DNA of 64,000 nt. It comes from an uncultured bacterium (GTDB lineage: Bacteria; Patescibacteriota; Minisyncoccia; Moranbacterales; GWC2-37-73). The notes beneath the pieces are model-generated. The model searched no databases. It was not told where the DNA came from and saw only the letters and a program-made list of their open reading frames with translations. The stretch is from positions 3,926-67,925 of the forward strand of contig CAISKQ010000035.1 of the NCBI GenBank assembly GCA_903885965.1. Direction: 5' to 3'. Shown here piece after piece: positions 29,053 through 37,732 of the stretch (position 1 is its first letter; each line of letters begins with the position of its first letter). A program made the translations under genes and the position numbers.

Positions 29053-29068
29053 ATATGAAGATATTATA

Positions 29069-29154
29069 TGTCATCCTGAACTTGTTTCAGGATCTTCTTC
29101 ATTTAACACTGGATGCGCTAAATTTCTGGATTCCGGATCAAGTCCGGAATGACA
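29069..29154. repeat. GTCAT...ATGAC double-hairpin repeat, copy B
   Basis: TGTCATCCTGAACTTGTTTCAGGATCT ... GGATTCCGGATCAAGTCCGGAATGACA. Confidence 0.9.
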
Positions 29155-29164
29155 CATGTTTATT

Positions 29165-29554
29165 TTATTTAATTAAATCACTCAACTTAATCCCATATAG
29201 CGTTTTTTGAATTTGCATTCCGAGCTTGTTCCAAACGATGCTTGATGGACATTTTTTTTCCATAGCGCAGAATTTTCCAACACATCTCATTGGAGAGATT
29301 GGACCATCAAGAATTTCAATAATTTCTCCTGCAGTAATCTTTCTCGGCTCTCTGGCAAGGATGTATCCCCCATTCTTACCCTTAATAGAATCAATTACGT
29401 CTCCATCCCTGAGTGTTCCCAATAGTCGTTCTAAATATTTCTGAGAAACACTTTCTTCCTTTGCAATTTCTTTAATGGTTTTTTGATTCGGATAACACTT
29501 AGCTAAGTTTACAATAGCCTTAAGACCGTACTCAGCTTTTGTTGAAAATTTCAT
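29165..29554 (-). CDS. Rrf2 family regulator (IscR-like)
   Basis: MKFSTKAEYGL, YLERL, GKNGGY.LAR, three Cys CVGKFCAMEKKC; leads iscS-iscU. Confidence 0.92.
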   Translation of the reverse strand: MKFSTKAEYGLKAIVNLAKCYPNQKTIKEIAKEESVSQKYLERLLGTLRDGDVIDSIKGKNGGYILAREPRKITAGEIIEILDGPISPMRCVGKFCAMEKKCPSSIVWNKLGMQIQKTLYGIKLSDLIK

Positions 29555-29681
29555 CCCGTAGTAGAAATTCCAGTGGGCTTTGCCCAAAAGATTTCATGCT
29601 TAAACTAATTATTAATTTTATAGTTGTTTTTGGATTTTGTAATCCAGTTTTATATTTAAACTGGAATTCTCACTACGGGAT
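29553..29681. mobile_element. MITE-like 129-bp element with terminal inverted repeats
   Basis: ATCCCGTAGTAGAAATTCCAGT (29553-29574) and ACTGGAATTCTCACTACGGGAT (29660-29681), 19/22 complementary. Confidence 0.65.
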
Positions 29682-29685
29682 TGTC

Positions 29686-29739
29686 AATCCCCACTAATTT
29701 AGTATACATTCATAATATCATCTTGATAATTTTCGTCAA
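29686..29739 (-). promoter_or_regulatory. Sigma70-type promoter with IscR type-1-like operator
   Basis: TTGACG-16-TATTAT with TGn extension on -; AATCCCCACTAATTTAGTATACATT at 29686-29710 with ACTAATTTAGT core. Confidence 0.55.
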
Positions 29740-29839
29740 GTCCTAATTTTTCTTGCCTCAAATCCCTCGTTTGGTATAATGTAATATACGATAATTGATA
29801 TTTATAGACTTTTAACATTATAACTATTAAACCATTATT

Positions 29840-30964
29840 ATGCGTATTTCGTACTCAGCTTTTGACACCTATCAAAATTGCAGCTTGAAATATAAATTTC
29901 AAAATATTGATAAATTAAAAGAGCCAAAATCAAAAGAGGCGGTTTTCGGAACCCTTGTGCATAGCACAATGAAATATATTCATTCCCCAGCATTAATCCC
30001 ACCAAAACTTGAAGAAGCTTTAGCATATTTTTCTAAAGATTGGAATAGTGACGTATTTGAAAATGAACTTGAAGAGCGAAGTGCATTTTCTCAAGGCGTA
30101 GCAATGATTCAAGATTATTATAAAAAAAATGATCCTGCTCAATCCATTGTAGTTGATTTGGAAAGTCGTTTTGCCATCGAGATAGGCACTGATAAAAATA
30201 AACACATCATTTCTGGCATCATTGACCGCATCGACAAAACTGAAGATGGCTATGAAATCATTGACTATAAAACCACCAAGAAAATGCCTTCACAGGAAAA
30301 AGTCGATAATGACTTGCAACTCTCTGTTTATTTAAACGCATTTTTGGCTCGTTATCCCAAAGAAATTGATCGCCTCGATAAAATCACTGTCAGTCTTTAT
30401 TATCTCAAACATGGGGTCAAACTTTCTTCAACCAGAACTCGCGAGCAACTGGAAAATTCCAAAAAACTTTTCTTGGATGTGATTGCTTTAATTGAGGAGG
30501 GAAAATTTGAGCCAAACGTAACTCCGCTTTGCGACTGGTGTGGCTTTCAAAAATTTTGTCCGATGTGGAAACATAAATTCAAGGAAGAAAGAAGAATTGA
30601 TAGTCAAGAAGTGGAAGCTGCTATCAGTGACTACATAAACCTTAAATCAGCAATCACTTCAACTAAATATCAATTAGCAGAACTTCAAGAAAAAATTTCG
30701 CAATATATGCAGCAAGAAGGTGTTGATCGAGTTTTCTCCGATGAAGGAATTATCGCCCAGACTCTTCGCAAGACCTATAAGTATGACAGTGCTCAACTTC
30801 GTGACATCCTGGAACCGCTCGACAAATGGGAGGCAGTTCTGAAAGTTGATGGCATAGCTCTTCGAAGCGTCATGAGTGTCCTCTCCCCTTCCGCCCGCAA
30901 GGATGTCGAAGCTGCCAAGATTTTGGACAAAGAAACGAAGGGTTTTAGCGTGAAAAAGAAATAA
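29840..30964 (+). CDS. PD-(D/E)XK nuclease, RecB/AddB-like, with four Cys
   Basis: SYS..YQNC.LKY, FGTLVH, GIIDRID, IIDYKT, QL..Y, CDWC-x5-C. Confidence 0.88.
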   Translation: MRISYSAFDTYQNCSLKYKFQNIDKLKEPKSKEAVFGTLVHSTMKYIHSPALIPPKLEEALAYFSKDWNSDVFENELEERSAFSQGVAMIQDYYKKNDPAQSIVVDLESRFAIEIGTDKNKHIISGIIDRIDKTEDGYEIIDYKTTKKMPSQEKVDNDLQLSVYLNAFLARYPKEIDRLDKITVSLYYLKHGVKLSSTRTREQLENSKKLFLDVIALIEEGKFEPNVTPLCDWCGFQKFCPMWKHKFKEERRIDSQEVEAAISDYINLKSAITSTKYQLAELQEKISQYMQQEGVDRVFSDEGIIAQTLRKTYKYDSAQLRDILEPLDKWEAVLKVDGIALRSVMSVLSPSARKDVEAAKILDKETKGFSVKKK

Positions 30965-30966
30965 AT

Positions 30967-31677
30967 TTAAAATTTCACAAACTTTTCCCACTTCTCAAAA
31001 AGTTTTTTAGTGGCCAGCAGATCACCAACGTTATATCTGGCAATGTCGAAAAATCTTTTTTCCAGGAAAAGTTGGCCAACTTGATCGCCAGAAACTCCAT
31101 TTGCCTTGGGACTTTCAATGCCAAAGGCTCGAGAGAAAAGATGCAGGCTTCCCTTTCGACGAACTGCGCCGTAAAAAGTCAATTGATCAAGCAAATCAAC
31201 ATGCTTGGCATTTTTTGGCTGGCTCGAGAGGTAGCGGTTGGCCATCAGATTTTTAGTTGGTCTGACGCCGAGAATAGCACTTCGCAGAAATAAGTATGGC
31301 ACATCAAATGTTCGGCCATTGAAACTAATGAATTCCTCATATTTTTGAGCTAAATTCCAAAACTGCTCAAGCATTTCTTTTTCACCTAGAACCCTGAATT
31401 TTATGTTATCTTCTTCACTATCAGTGATATCGGCATCTGGCGCTTGAAAATAAACAGCTCCCTTGTCTTTTTCAACATCATAAACTCCAATTGCCGCAAT
31501 TTGTCCCGTCAATGGAGAAAAACAAAGTCCATTTTTGATCTCCAGAAGCTGTTTTTCAGCTTCTTCTTCTGATTGCGTCAGCTTTTTAACCCAACGCGTC
31601 AAAGACTCTTGCGTAGTCTCGTCCAGACTATCAAAATCTTCCCCTATTGTCTCAATGTCAAATACTAGTTTACTCAT
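30967..31677 (-). CDS. PolB-like 3'-5' exonuclease (RNase H fold, DEDDy)
   Basis: VFDIET, FNGRTFDVPYL, HVDL, RYNVGDL. Confidence 0.88.
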   Translation of the reverse strand: MSKLVFDIETIGEDFDSLDETTQESLTRWVKKLTQSEEEAEKQLLEIKNGLCFSPLTGQIAAIGVYDVEKDKGAVYFQAPDADITDSEEDNIKFRVLGEKEMLEQFWNLAQKYEEFISFNGRTFDVPYLFLRSAILGVRPTKNLMANRYLSSQPKNAKHVDLLDQLTFYGAVRRKGSLHLFSRAFGIESPKANGVSGDQVGQLFLEKRFFDIARYNVGDLLATKKLFEKWEKFVKF

Positions 31678-31741
31678 ATGCTTTTTGTATAGCATACTCA
31701 CAACTATTGTTCAAGGTCCGCAAATACGGTATGATTCATTA

Positions 31742-32200
31742 ATGAAAAAATCATTACAAAAAATTAAAAAGTTTTTCGTCCGATTCTTCACCTTGAAAGA
31801 TAGCGCACACAATATCGCTGGTGGCATTTCCCTTGGTGTTTTCTTTGGTATTCTTCCCGGAGAAGGTGTCGGTACAACCCTAGTCTTAGCTTCTATTCTG
31901 AGGCTCAATCGGGCAGCAGCTACGATGGGAATCTTGGCTAGCAATATGTGGACCACTTTCTTGACTTTGCCATTGGCCGTTTTTATTGGCGGTTCTCTTT
32001 TTGGCCAAACCAAGAAATCTCTATACGATCATTTCTATCAAACTTACAATCTCGGATGGAGATATTTCCTTAGTAAGGTAATTTTTTTTGATCTTGCTTT
32101 GCCACTCATTGTTGGCTATTTGATTGTTTCTATTGTTATCGCTCTGGTTTTTTATCTTACCATTTTCGTGTTGCTAAAATATTTTAAAGTGCAACAATAA
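31742..32200 (+). CDS. DUF2062-like membrane protein
   Basis: DSAHNIAGGISLGVFFGILP, RLN, SN.WT; ATG at 31742. Confidence 0.8.
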   Translation: MKKSLQKIKKFFVRFFTLKDSAHNIAGGISLGVFFGILPGEGVGTTLVLASILRLNRAAATMGILASNMWTTFLTLPLAVFIGGSLFGQTKKSLYDHFYQTYNLGWRYFLSKVIFFDLALPLIVGYLIVSIVIALVFYLTIFVLLKYFKVQQ

Positions 32201-32205
32201 AGCGA

Positions 32206-32898
32206 TTATTTTATCACGGTTCCAACAAATTTTTCACCATTAAGATACTTTTCAAAATTTGCAATTTTATTGCCGTTAAGGATTGCAACTTCGATTCCTT
32301 CCTTGGCTGCTAACTTCGAAGCAATCGGGTCAAATGGCACATTGGCGCCCGGATCCCAAGTCTCACCAACTATCTTCTGAAAATCATCCCAACTAATTTC
32401 CTTGATTCTTTTAGCATCGGAATATTTTTGCGGATTCTTATCACAGACATAGTCAATATTAGAAAGATTGGCAATTTTTTTCACGCCGAATTGCTTTGCT
32501 AAAAGCACCGCAATGTAGTCCGTCGAATTTCCTGGTTTATATCCAGCTGCAATCAGAATAGACTCCTTCGCTTTCAAGAAACTCTCAAGATCGTAAGGAT
32601 TTTTATTGATAATAGGATGTGCATATTTCTTGAAAACGGTTCGCATGAAGTGGGCGTTAAGGCGCGTTGCATGAATTCCAAGCCAATCTTTGTCTTCGCC
32701 GTCTATGCCTTCAATTTTCGAACTTGCTTCAATATATTTTCGCGCCGTTTTTCCGCCACCAGTAATAATAATAAAGCGATAATCTTTTGCAATATTTTTT
32801 TCAATAACTTTTTTGAATTTCTTTACAAATTGCCAATCAATGTCTTGTGGCACAATTAGCGATCCTCCCAATGAAATTATGATAGTATTTTTGTTCAT
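32206..32898 (-). CDS. pyrH: UMP kinase (archaeal-like type)
   Basis: SLGGS, GGGKTARKY, DWLGIHATRLNA, PGNSTD, PFDPIA. Confidence 0.92.
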   Translation of the reverse strand: MNKNTIIISLGGSLIVPQDIDWQFVKKFKKVIEKNIAKDYRFIIITGGGKTARKYIEASSKIEGIDGEDKDWLGIHATRLNAHFMRTVFKKYAHPIINKNPYDLESFLKAKESILIAAGYKPGNSTDYIAVLLAKQFGVKKIANLSNIDYVCDKNPQKYSDAKRIKEISWDDFQKIVGETWDPGANVPFDPIASKLAAKEGIEVAILNGNKIANFEKYLNGEKFVGTVIK

Positions 32899-32936
32899 GT
32901 TTGTTAGTTCTTAAGATTTATGCATCTCCAGATTTT

Positions 32937-33272
32937 TTATTTTATATATTCATCGGCTTTCGACTTCGTCTGATGAAGCTTGGCCAGCGTATTTTCCATT
33001 TCCTCCTTAATGCTTAGAAACATTTCCAAACCTTGCTGTAACTTTGCAATGTCATTTTTATATTTGGCAATTATTTCTTCATCTTTTTTCTCACTTCCCT
33101 CTTGCAACCTCCTTTCTTTCTCTAAAAGCTCCTCTCCGAGCTTCAAAAAATTTTCAATTTCAGTAATTTCCATTCCAATCTGAATCAAATTAGTTTGCAG
33201 GTGTTCTTCGATTTGTTCAAATGATTTTACTTCACTAGCCATTGCTTCGTCGATCATAGTTTTCTTGTTCAT
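32937..33272 (-). CDS. Hypothetical coiled-coil protein
   Basis: 111-aa E/K/L-rich heptad sequence. Confidence 0.6.
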   Translation of the reverse strand: MNKKTMIDEAMASEVKSFEQIEEHLQTNLIQIGMEITEIENFLKLGEELLEKERRLQEGSEKKDEEIIAKYKNDIAKLQQGLEMFLSIKEEMENTLAKLHQTKSKADEYIK

Positions 33273-33302
33273 CTAATGATTATTTTTTTAATTCGATAAT
33301 AA

Positions 33303-33344
33303 TGACATTCACTTTGATACTTTCGAGTATCAAAGTGAATGTCA
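33303..33344. repeat. Perfect palindrome, downstream flank of TrpR-like gene 2
   Basis: TGACATTCACTTTGATACT-TTCG-AGTATCAAAGTGAATGTCA (19-bp arms). Confidence 0.95.
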
Positions 33345-33356
33345 CATTCTTCTTGC

Positions 33357-33887
33357 TTAATGAATAAGTTTTTTGAGTTTGTGATATAGCTCAGTTTTTT
33401 CCTTAGACTTTTCAAGCTCAGCTATGACATTTTTGATTTTTTCTTTTTGCCTGCGACTTGAATTAGCAACAATATTTTCAAGCAAAAGTTCTGGCCAATA
33501 ATAAGCCGGGAATCTTTTTTTGATTGACCCCCAATTCTCACCAATACCGACTTGCTGTTTGTCATTATTTTGATTAATTTTTTTCTTAGTGCGGGCAATA
33601 GCCTTCTGATAGCCCTCACCTGAAATCTTTAGCCACTCTTGCACGCGAGCAATGGTTGAGGAGCTAACAAGCAATTGCTCCTCAATTTCGCCATAGGTAC
33701 TGCCGCCGATCAAATACTCCGCAATCTTTAGTCTTTTGGCGATCATTTCTGATTCTTGATATGAAAGCAAATCTCGCAGGAGCTCCGCAGCCTCGTTAGG
33801 ATCTTTGATTTCAGAAATTGCTAAGCAAAGTTGGTATAAAATTTTATCAATTTCCTTTTTTGAAAGTTTTGAATTGAATTTAGCCAT
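33357..33887 (-). CDS. TrpR/YerC-YecD family HTH protein (paralogue 2)
   Basis: LLRDLLSYQESEMIAKRLKIAEYL..GSTYGEIEEQLLVSSSTIARVQEWL..GEGY. Confidence 0.9.
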   Translation of the reverse strand: MAKFNSKLSKKEIDKILYQLCLAISEIKDPNEAAELLRDLLSYQESEMIAKRLKIAEYLIGGSTYGEIEEQLLVSSSTIARVQEWLKISGEGYQKAIARTKKKINQNNDKQQVGIGENWGSIKKRFPAYYWPELLLENIVANSSRRQKEKIKNVIAELEKSKEKTELYHKLKKLIH

Positions 33888-33917
33888 TATCTTTTTATTT
33901 AAAATTTTATTTCCTCA

Positions 33918-33946
33918 ATTTTATCTCTGATTTATTTTTTTAGCAA
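33918..33946 (-). promoter_or_regulatory. Putative promoter of TrpR-like gene 2
   Basis: TTGCTA-17-TAAAAT on - strand, just inside the flanking palindrome. Confidence 0.5.
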
Positions 33947-33949
33947 ACG

Positions 33950-33982
33950 CTTTGATACTTTCGAGTATCGAAGTAAGTGTCA
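33950..33982. repeat. Direct repeat, upstream flank of TrpR-like gene 2
   Basis: CTTTGATACTTTCGAGTATCGAAGTAAGTGTCA, 30/33 identical to 33312-33344. Confidence 0.93.
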
Positions 33983-34021
33983 TTTTTAACTTGGCTAAAT
34001 TTCTCGTTTCTTTACGTTGTG

Positions 34022-34450
34022 TCATTTGGTTGAGGCTGCACATTTGCTCTCCGTCCTTCCTTGCCCAATAGCCTGCGCTGCACTATTAAAGCATACCACA
34101 TTCTCAGGCTTGATGCGTTTGGCATAGGAACAAGTCGGCAGATAAAATTTATTAGAGTTCTTGCTGCCCACAAATGCACAATTGGCTGTTTTGGTTTGAT
34201 CGGCAGAACCTTGGGTACTGGCCTTTTGAACTAGTGCTGCGGCTTCAGAATTGGGCTTGTTTTGATTTTCTTGGCCGTTTGGCACATCAGTAGGTTTTTC
34301 AACAATAAGTGGCTTTTGCTGCCATTTTTGACCTTGAAGAACTCCAAATTCAAAGGAAACGGCTGAAATAAGGCAAAAAGCGACAACCAGCACGATTTTT
34401 TGCTCATTTTTGAGGAAAAAATCCTTAATTTTAAGAAATATTTGAGACAT
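34022..34450 (-). CDS. Membrane-anchored protein with Ada-like metal-binding C-terminal domain
   Basis: TM helix; FVGSKNSNKFY..TC..AKRI...N...F.S...A...G. Confidence 0.8.
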   Translation of the reverse strand: MSQIFLKIKDFFLKNEQKIVLVVAFCLISAVSFEFGVLQGQKWQQKPLIVEKPTDVPNGQENQNKPNSEAAALVQKASTQGSADQTKTANCAFVGSKNSNKFYLPTCSYAKRIKPENVVCFNSAAQAIGQGRTESKCAASTK

Positions 34451-34502
34451 AAAAATAGCCTACATGTTTATACTTGATCAATTAAATTACTGCCAGCTGC
34501 AA

Positions 34503-34537
34503 GGAGGTTGAGCCTCCATTGGGGAGGCTCAACCTCC
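34503..34537. repeat. REP-like inverted doublet
   Basis: GGAGGTTGAGCCTCC-attgg-GGAGGCTCAACCTCC; perfect 15-bp arms, each itself a mini-palindrome. Confidence 0.85.
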
Positions 34538-34615
34538 AACGATTAGCTAATATGAATTAAATTGACTTAGTATCAAATGTTTACATGCTTAAATGTTTGT
34601 ATGCTTATAAAGTTA

Positions 34616-34643
34616 TTGACATTCCCGCTAATTCTGTTAGAAT
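34616..34643 (+). promoter_or_regulatory. Sigma70-type promoter upstream of rpmA
   Basis: TTGACA-16-TAGAAT with TGn extension. Confidence 0.55.
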
Positions 34644-34915
34644 AAATCCTGTAACACTGAGTGGCCTTTAAATTCAAATTGAGTGTCCGTGCGCGTGACA
34701 CACTTTATTGCCAAATAAAATCAATTATAATTTCAACTGCCACAACGACCCCGTAACCTTTTTCTCATTATATTATATTTATGGATATAATAAAAATGAA
34801 AAAAGTGTTTGCGGAAAGATATATTTAAAATTTAACTACTTTAATAATAATTACGAACTATTTCAATCCCCTACTCGGTTATTGATTATTGGTTATTGAT
34901 TATTGTTTGTTGCTT

Positions 34916-35374
34916 ATGGCACATCGTAAAGCCGGTGGATCTACCTCACTGGGCCGAGATTCAATCTCGAAAAGACTGGGCGTCAAGATCTTTGGAAATC
35001 AAAAAGTAAAAACTGGAAACATTATCATCAGACAACGTGGAACCAAATGGCACTCAGGAGAGAATGTGAAGCGCTGCAATGATGACACTCTAATGTCATT
35101 GGTAGATGGAACTGTAAGGTTTTCATCCAAGAAAGTCAGAAGTTTTACTGGACAATTGGTTCTTCGAAAATATGTTAGCGTTGTAAAATCTGACACTCCA
35201 GTCGTACTTAAACCTAAAAAAGTTGTTCTTAACAGAGTAACCTCTGCTCGTAAACTTCACCCAGGCAACAAACCTGGCAAAAGAAGTGGAGCCAAGAAAG
35301 TTGCTCGCAAGCCAAACATGCGCAAGACTGTCAGAAAGCATTTGGTTGCCCGAGAAGCAAAGAAGAACAAATAA
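34916..35374 (+). CDS. rpmA: 50S ribosomal protein L27 with long basic C-terminal extension
   Basis: [29 protein letters not shown]; ATG at 34916. Confidence 0.96.
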   Translation: MAHRKAGGSTSLGRDSISKRLGVKIFGNQKVKTGNIIIRQRGTKWHSGENVKRCNDDTLMSLVDGTVRFSSKKVRSFTGQLVLRKYVSVVKSDTPVVLKPKKVVLNRVTSARKLHPGNKPGKRSGAKKVARKPNMRKTVRKHLVAREAKKNK

Positions 35375-35430
35375 TTTTTCTGCGGATATGCACGGATTGA
35401 TGACGGATTTTCACAAATCACGGATCAATA

Positions 35431-35464
35431 CAAAAAAAGAAACCTCTTGAGGTTTCTTTTTTTG
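35431..35464. terminator. Bidirectional intrinsic terminator
   Basis: CAAAAAAAGAAACCTC-TT-GAGGTTTCTTTTTTTG between convergent genes. Confidence 0.85.
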
Positions 35465-36004
35465 TTAGCTTATTTTGCTGAGAAGATCTTTCTTTATCAA
35501 TCGTAAATTGTCCAACTTAGTGCTCCAAATATTTTGAGTGCTATTAACAGCATTTTCAATCTCATCAAAACTTCTCCATCTAACTTGCTGAACTTCACCG
35601 TCATTAAAAGATAATTCTTTGGTGTCTCTCATGTATCTCAAATAAAAAACATAGAAATACTCGCGGTTAGTAATTCCATCATGTTTCTTGCTAAAACCGA
35701 GAATTAAATCATCAAACTTGATATCCAGGCCAATTTCCTCTCTAATCTCAATCAGGGTTGTTTCTTTTATGGTGCTTCCACTTTCCACATGTCCTCCAAA
35801 TGAGGAAGACCATTTTCCAGGATTAGCATCTTTTGTCAGCGATCGCTGATGTGTTAGCAATTCTATTTGACCACAATCTTCTCTGAATAAATAGATATGG
35901 ACTGTTTGGTGCCACAGACCTTTGGCATGACAAACACTGCGAAGCTCTTTTTCGCCTGTAAGATTTCCATTTTCATCAATAATGTCAAGATATTCTTCGG
36001 ACAT
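35465..36004 (-). CDS. NUDIX hydrolase (IDI-like subgroup)
   Basis: EYLDIIDENG, H.KGLWH.TVH, QRS..KD..PGKW, GGHVESG..EIREEIGL. Confidence 0.88.
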   Translation of the reverse strand: MSEEYLDIIDENGNLTGEKELRSVCHAKGLWHQTVHIYLFREDCGQIELLTHQRSLTKDANPGKWSSSFGGHVESGSTIKETTLIEIREEIGLDIKFDDLILGFSKKHDGITNREYFYVFYLRYMRDTKELSFNDGEVQQVRWRSFDEIENAVNSTQNIWSTKLDNLRLIKKDLLSKIS

Positions 36005-36085
36005 AAAATCATTTGAACATTTAATCATCTAAGCATCGAAACAAATACAACATTTACAACAGCTAGAACAATTAGAACGTATCTG

Positions 36086-37732
36086 CTATTTATTTTCCTG
36101 ATTTCGTTTTTTCGCAGCGCTGACAAAACCGAAGAAAAGTGGATGGGCTTTGAGTGGAGTTGATTTGAACTCTGGGTGAAATTGCGAGGCGACGAAGAAA
36201 GGATGCTTCTCACCTGGCAATTCAATAATTTCCATCAATTTTCCATCAGGAGACTTTCCAGAAAAAACGAGACCGGCAGTTTCAATTTTTGAGATATATT
36301 GCGGACTGACTTCCCAGCGATGTCTGTGACGCTCTGAAATTTCTGCTTGCTTATACAAAGTTGCAGCAATCGTTCCGGCTTCGAGCTTGGCTGGATAGGC
36401 GCCCAATCTCATGGTCGCACCGTAGTTTCCATCTTCCAGGTTTTTTTTCTGTTCGGGCATAATGTCAATAACGGGATTTTTTGTATCACGATTGACTTCT
36501 GTAGTGTTAGCATCTTCTAGCCCCAGAACGTTACGAGCATATTCAATTACAGCTAGTTGCATGCCATAGCAAATTCCCAAAAATGGAATTTTATTTTCTC
36601 TACAAAACTGAATAGCTTTAATTTTGCCTTCAATTCCTCTGCCGCCAAAGCCACCTGGCACCAAAACTCCGTCATACTGGGAAAGTGAACCAGTTTTTTC
36701 TGGCTCTTTTTCAAAAAGTTCACTGTTGATCCAATCTATTTTAGTTTTAACGCCTGCTTGATAGCCAGCGTGTTTAATAGCTTCAATCACTGACATATAG
36801 GCATCAGACAAAACAAAATCTCCCGTGCCAAAATATTTTCCCACAATTCCAATGGTAACGCTGTCTTTAGTAGCTTTGATTTTTTCCACTAAATTTTTCC
36901 AGGCTGAAAGATCCGAAGTTCTGGTTTCAAGACGCAATTTTTTCAAAATTGTTTCCGAGAGATTATCTCTTTCAAAATTAAGCAAAACTTCGTAAACATT
37001 ATCCACATCTGGAGCACTGATAACAAACTCTTCCCCAACATTGCAAAACATGGAAATTTTTTCTTTGCGTTTTTGATCCATGGGAACTTCACTGCGAGCA
37101 ATGATGAACTCTGGTTGGACGCCAGCGCTGTTGACTGTGCGCACAGCATATTGCGTTGGCTTGGTTTTCATTTCGCCGATTTTGTTGGGCATTGGCACAT
37201 AGCTGACCAAAACTGAAAGCACATCGTCTGGATTTTTGATTTTCATCATGCGTATTGTTTCCAAAAATAACACATTTTGATATTCACCCACGGTTCCGCC
37301 AATTTCAATCAAGGTTATTTCAGAGCCATCTTTCTCAGAGGCTTTCACGATTCGATCAATCACTTCCAGGGGAATGTGCGGCACTACTTCCACGCATTTT
37401 CCGCCATATTCAAGATTTCTTTCTCGATGAATAACCGATTCATATACTCTGCCCGTAGTCATGTAGTTTTCACGTGAAAGCTGGATGTCCATAAAGCGTT
37501 CATAGTTTCCCATATCTTGATCAGTCTCATCGCCGTCATTAAGCACAAAAACCTCTCCATGTTCAGTTGGATTCATTGTCCCGGCGTCCACATTGACATA
37601 AGGGTCAATTTTCAGAGCCGTTACCTTGTATCCCCTAGCCTTCAGAATTGCACCAATGGAAGAAGTCGTAATTCCTTTTCCGACCCCACTCATAACCCCA
37701 CCCATAACAAAAATGTATTTTCTGTTTTCCAT
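36086..37732 (-). CDS. pyrG: CTP synthase
   Basis: GGVMSGVGKG, KIDPYVNVDAGTM.P.EHGEV, GICYGMQ, QFHPEF. Confidence 0.98.
   Translation of the reverse strand: MENRKYIFVMGGVMSGVGKGITTSSIGAILKARGYKVTALKIDPYVNVDAGTMNPTEHGEVFVLNDGDETDQDMGNYERFMDIQLSRENYMTTGRVYESVIHRERNLEYGGKCVEVVPHIPLEVIDRIVKASEKDGSEITLIEIGGTVGEYQNVLFLETIRMMKIKNPDDVLSVLVSYVPMPNKIGEMKTKPTQYAVRTVNSAGVQPEFIIARSEVPMDQKRKEKISMFCNVGEEFVISAPDVDNVYEVLLNFERDNLSETILKKLRLETRTSDLSAWKNLVEKIKATKDSVTIGIVGKYFGTGDFVLSDAYMSVIEAIKHAGYQAGVKTKIDWINSELFEKEPEKTGSLSQYDGVLVPGGFGGRGIEGKIKAIQFCRENKIPFLGICYGMQLAVIEYARNVLGLEDANTTEVNRDTKNPVIDIMPEQKKNLEDGNYGATMRLGAYPAKLEAGTIAATLYKQAEISERHRHRWEVSPQYISKIETAGLVFSGKSPDGKLMEIIELPGEKHPFFVASQFHPEFKSTPLKAHPLFFGFVSAAKKRNQENK

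Noticed and set aside
29840-30964. Calling the four-Cys nuclease Cas4
   Set aside because: No cas1/cas2 or array nearby; length and motifs fit a stand-alone RecB/AddB-like nuclease
34708-34899. 63-aa ORF upstream of rpmA
   Set aside because: TTG start, N/Y/F-rich product typical of AT-rich non-coding DNA
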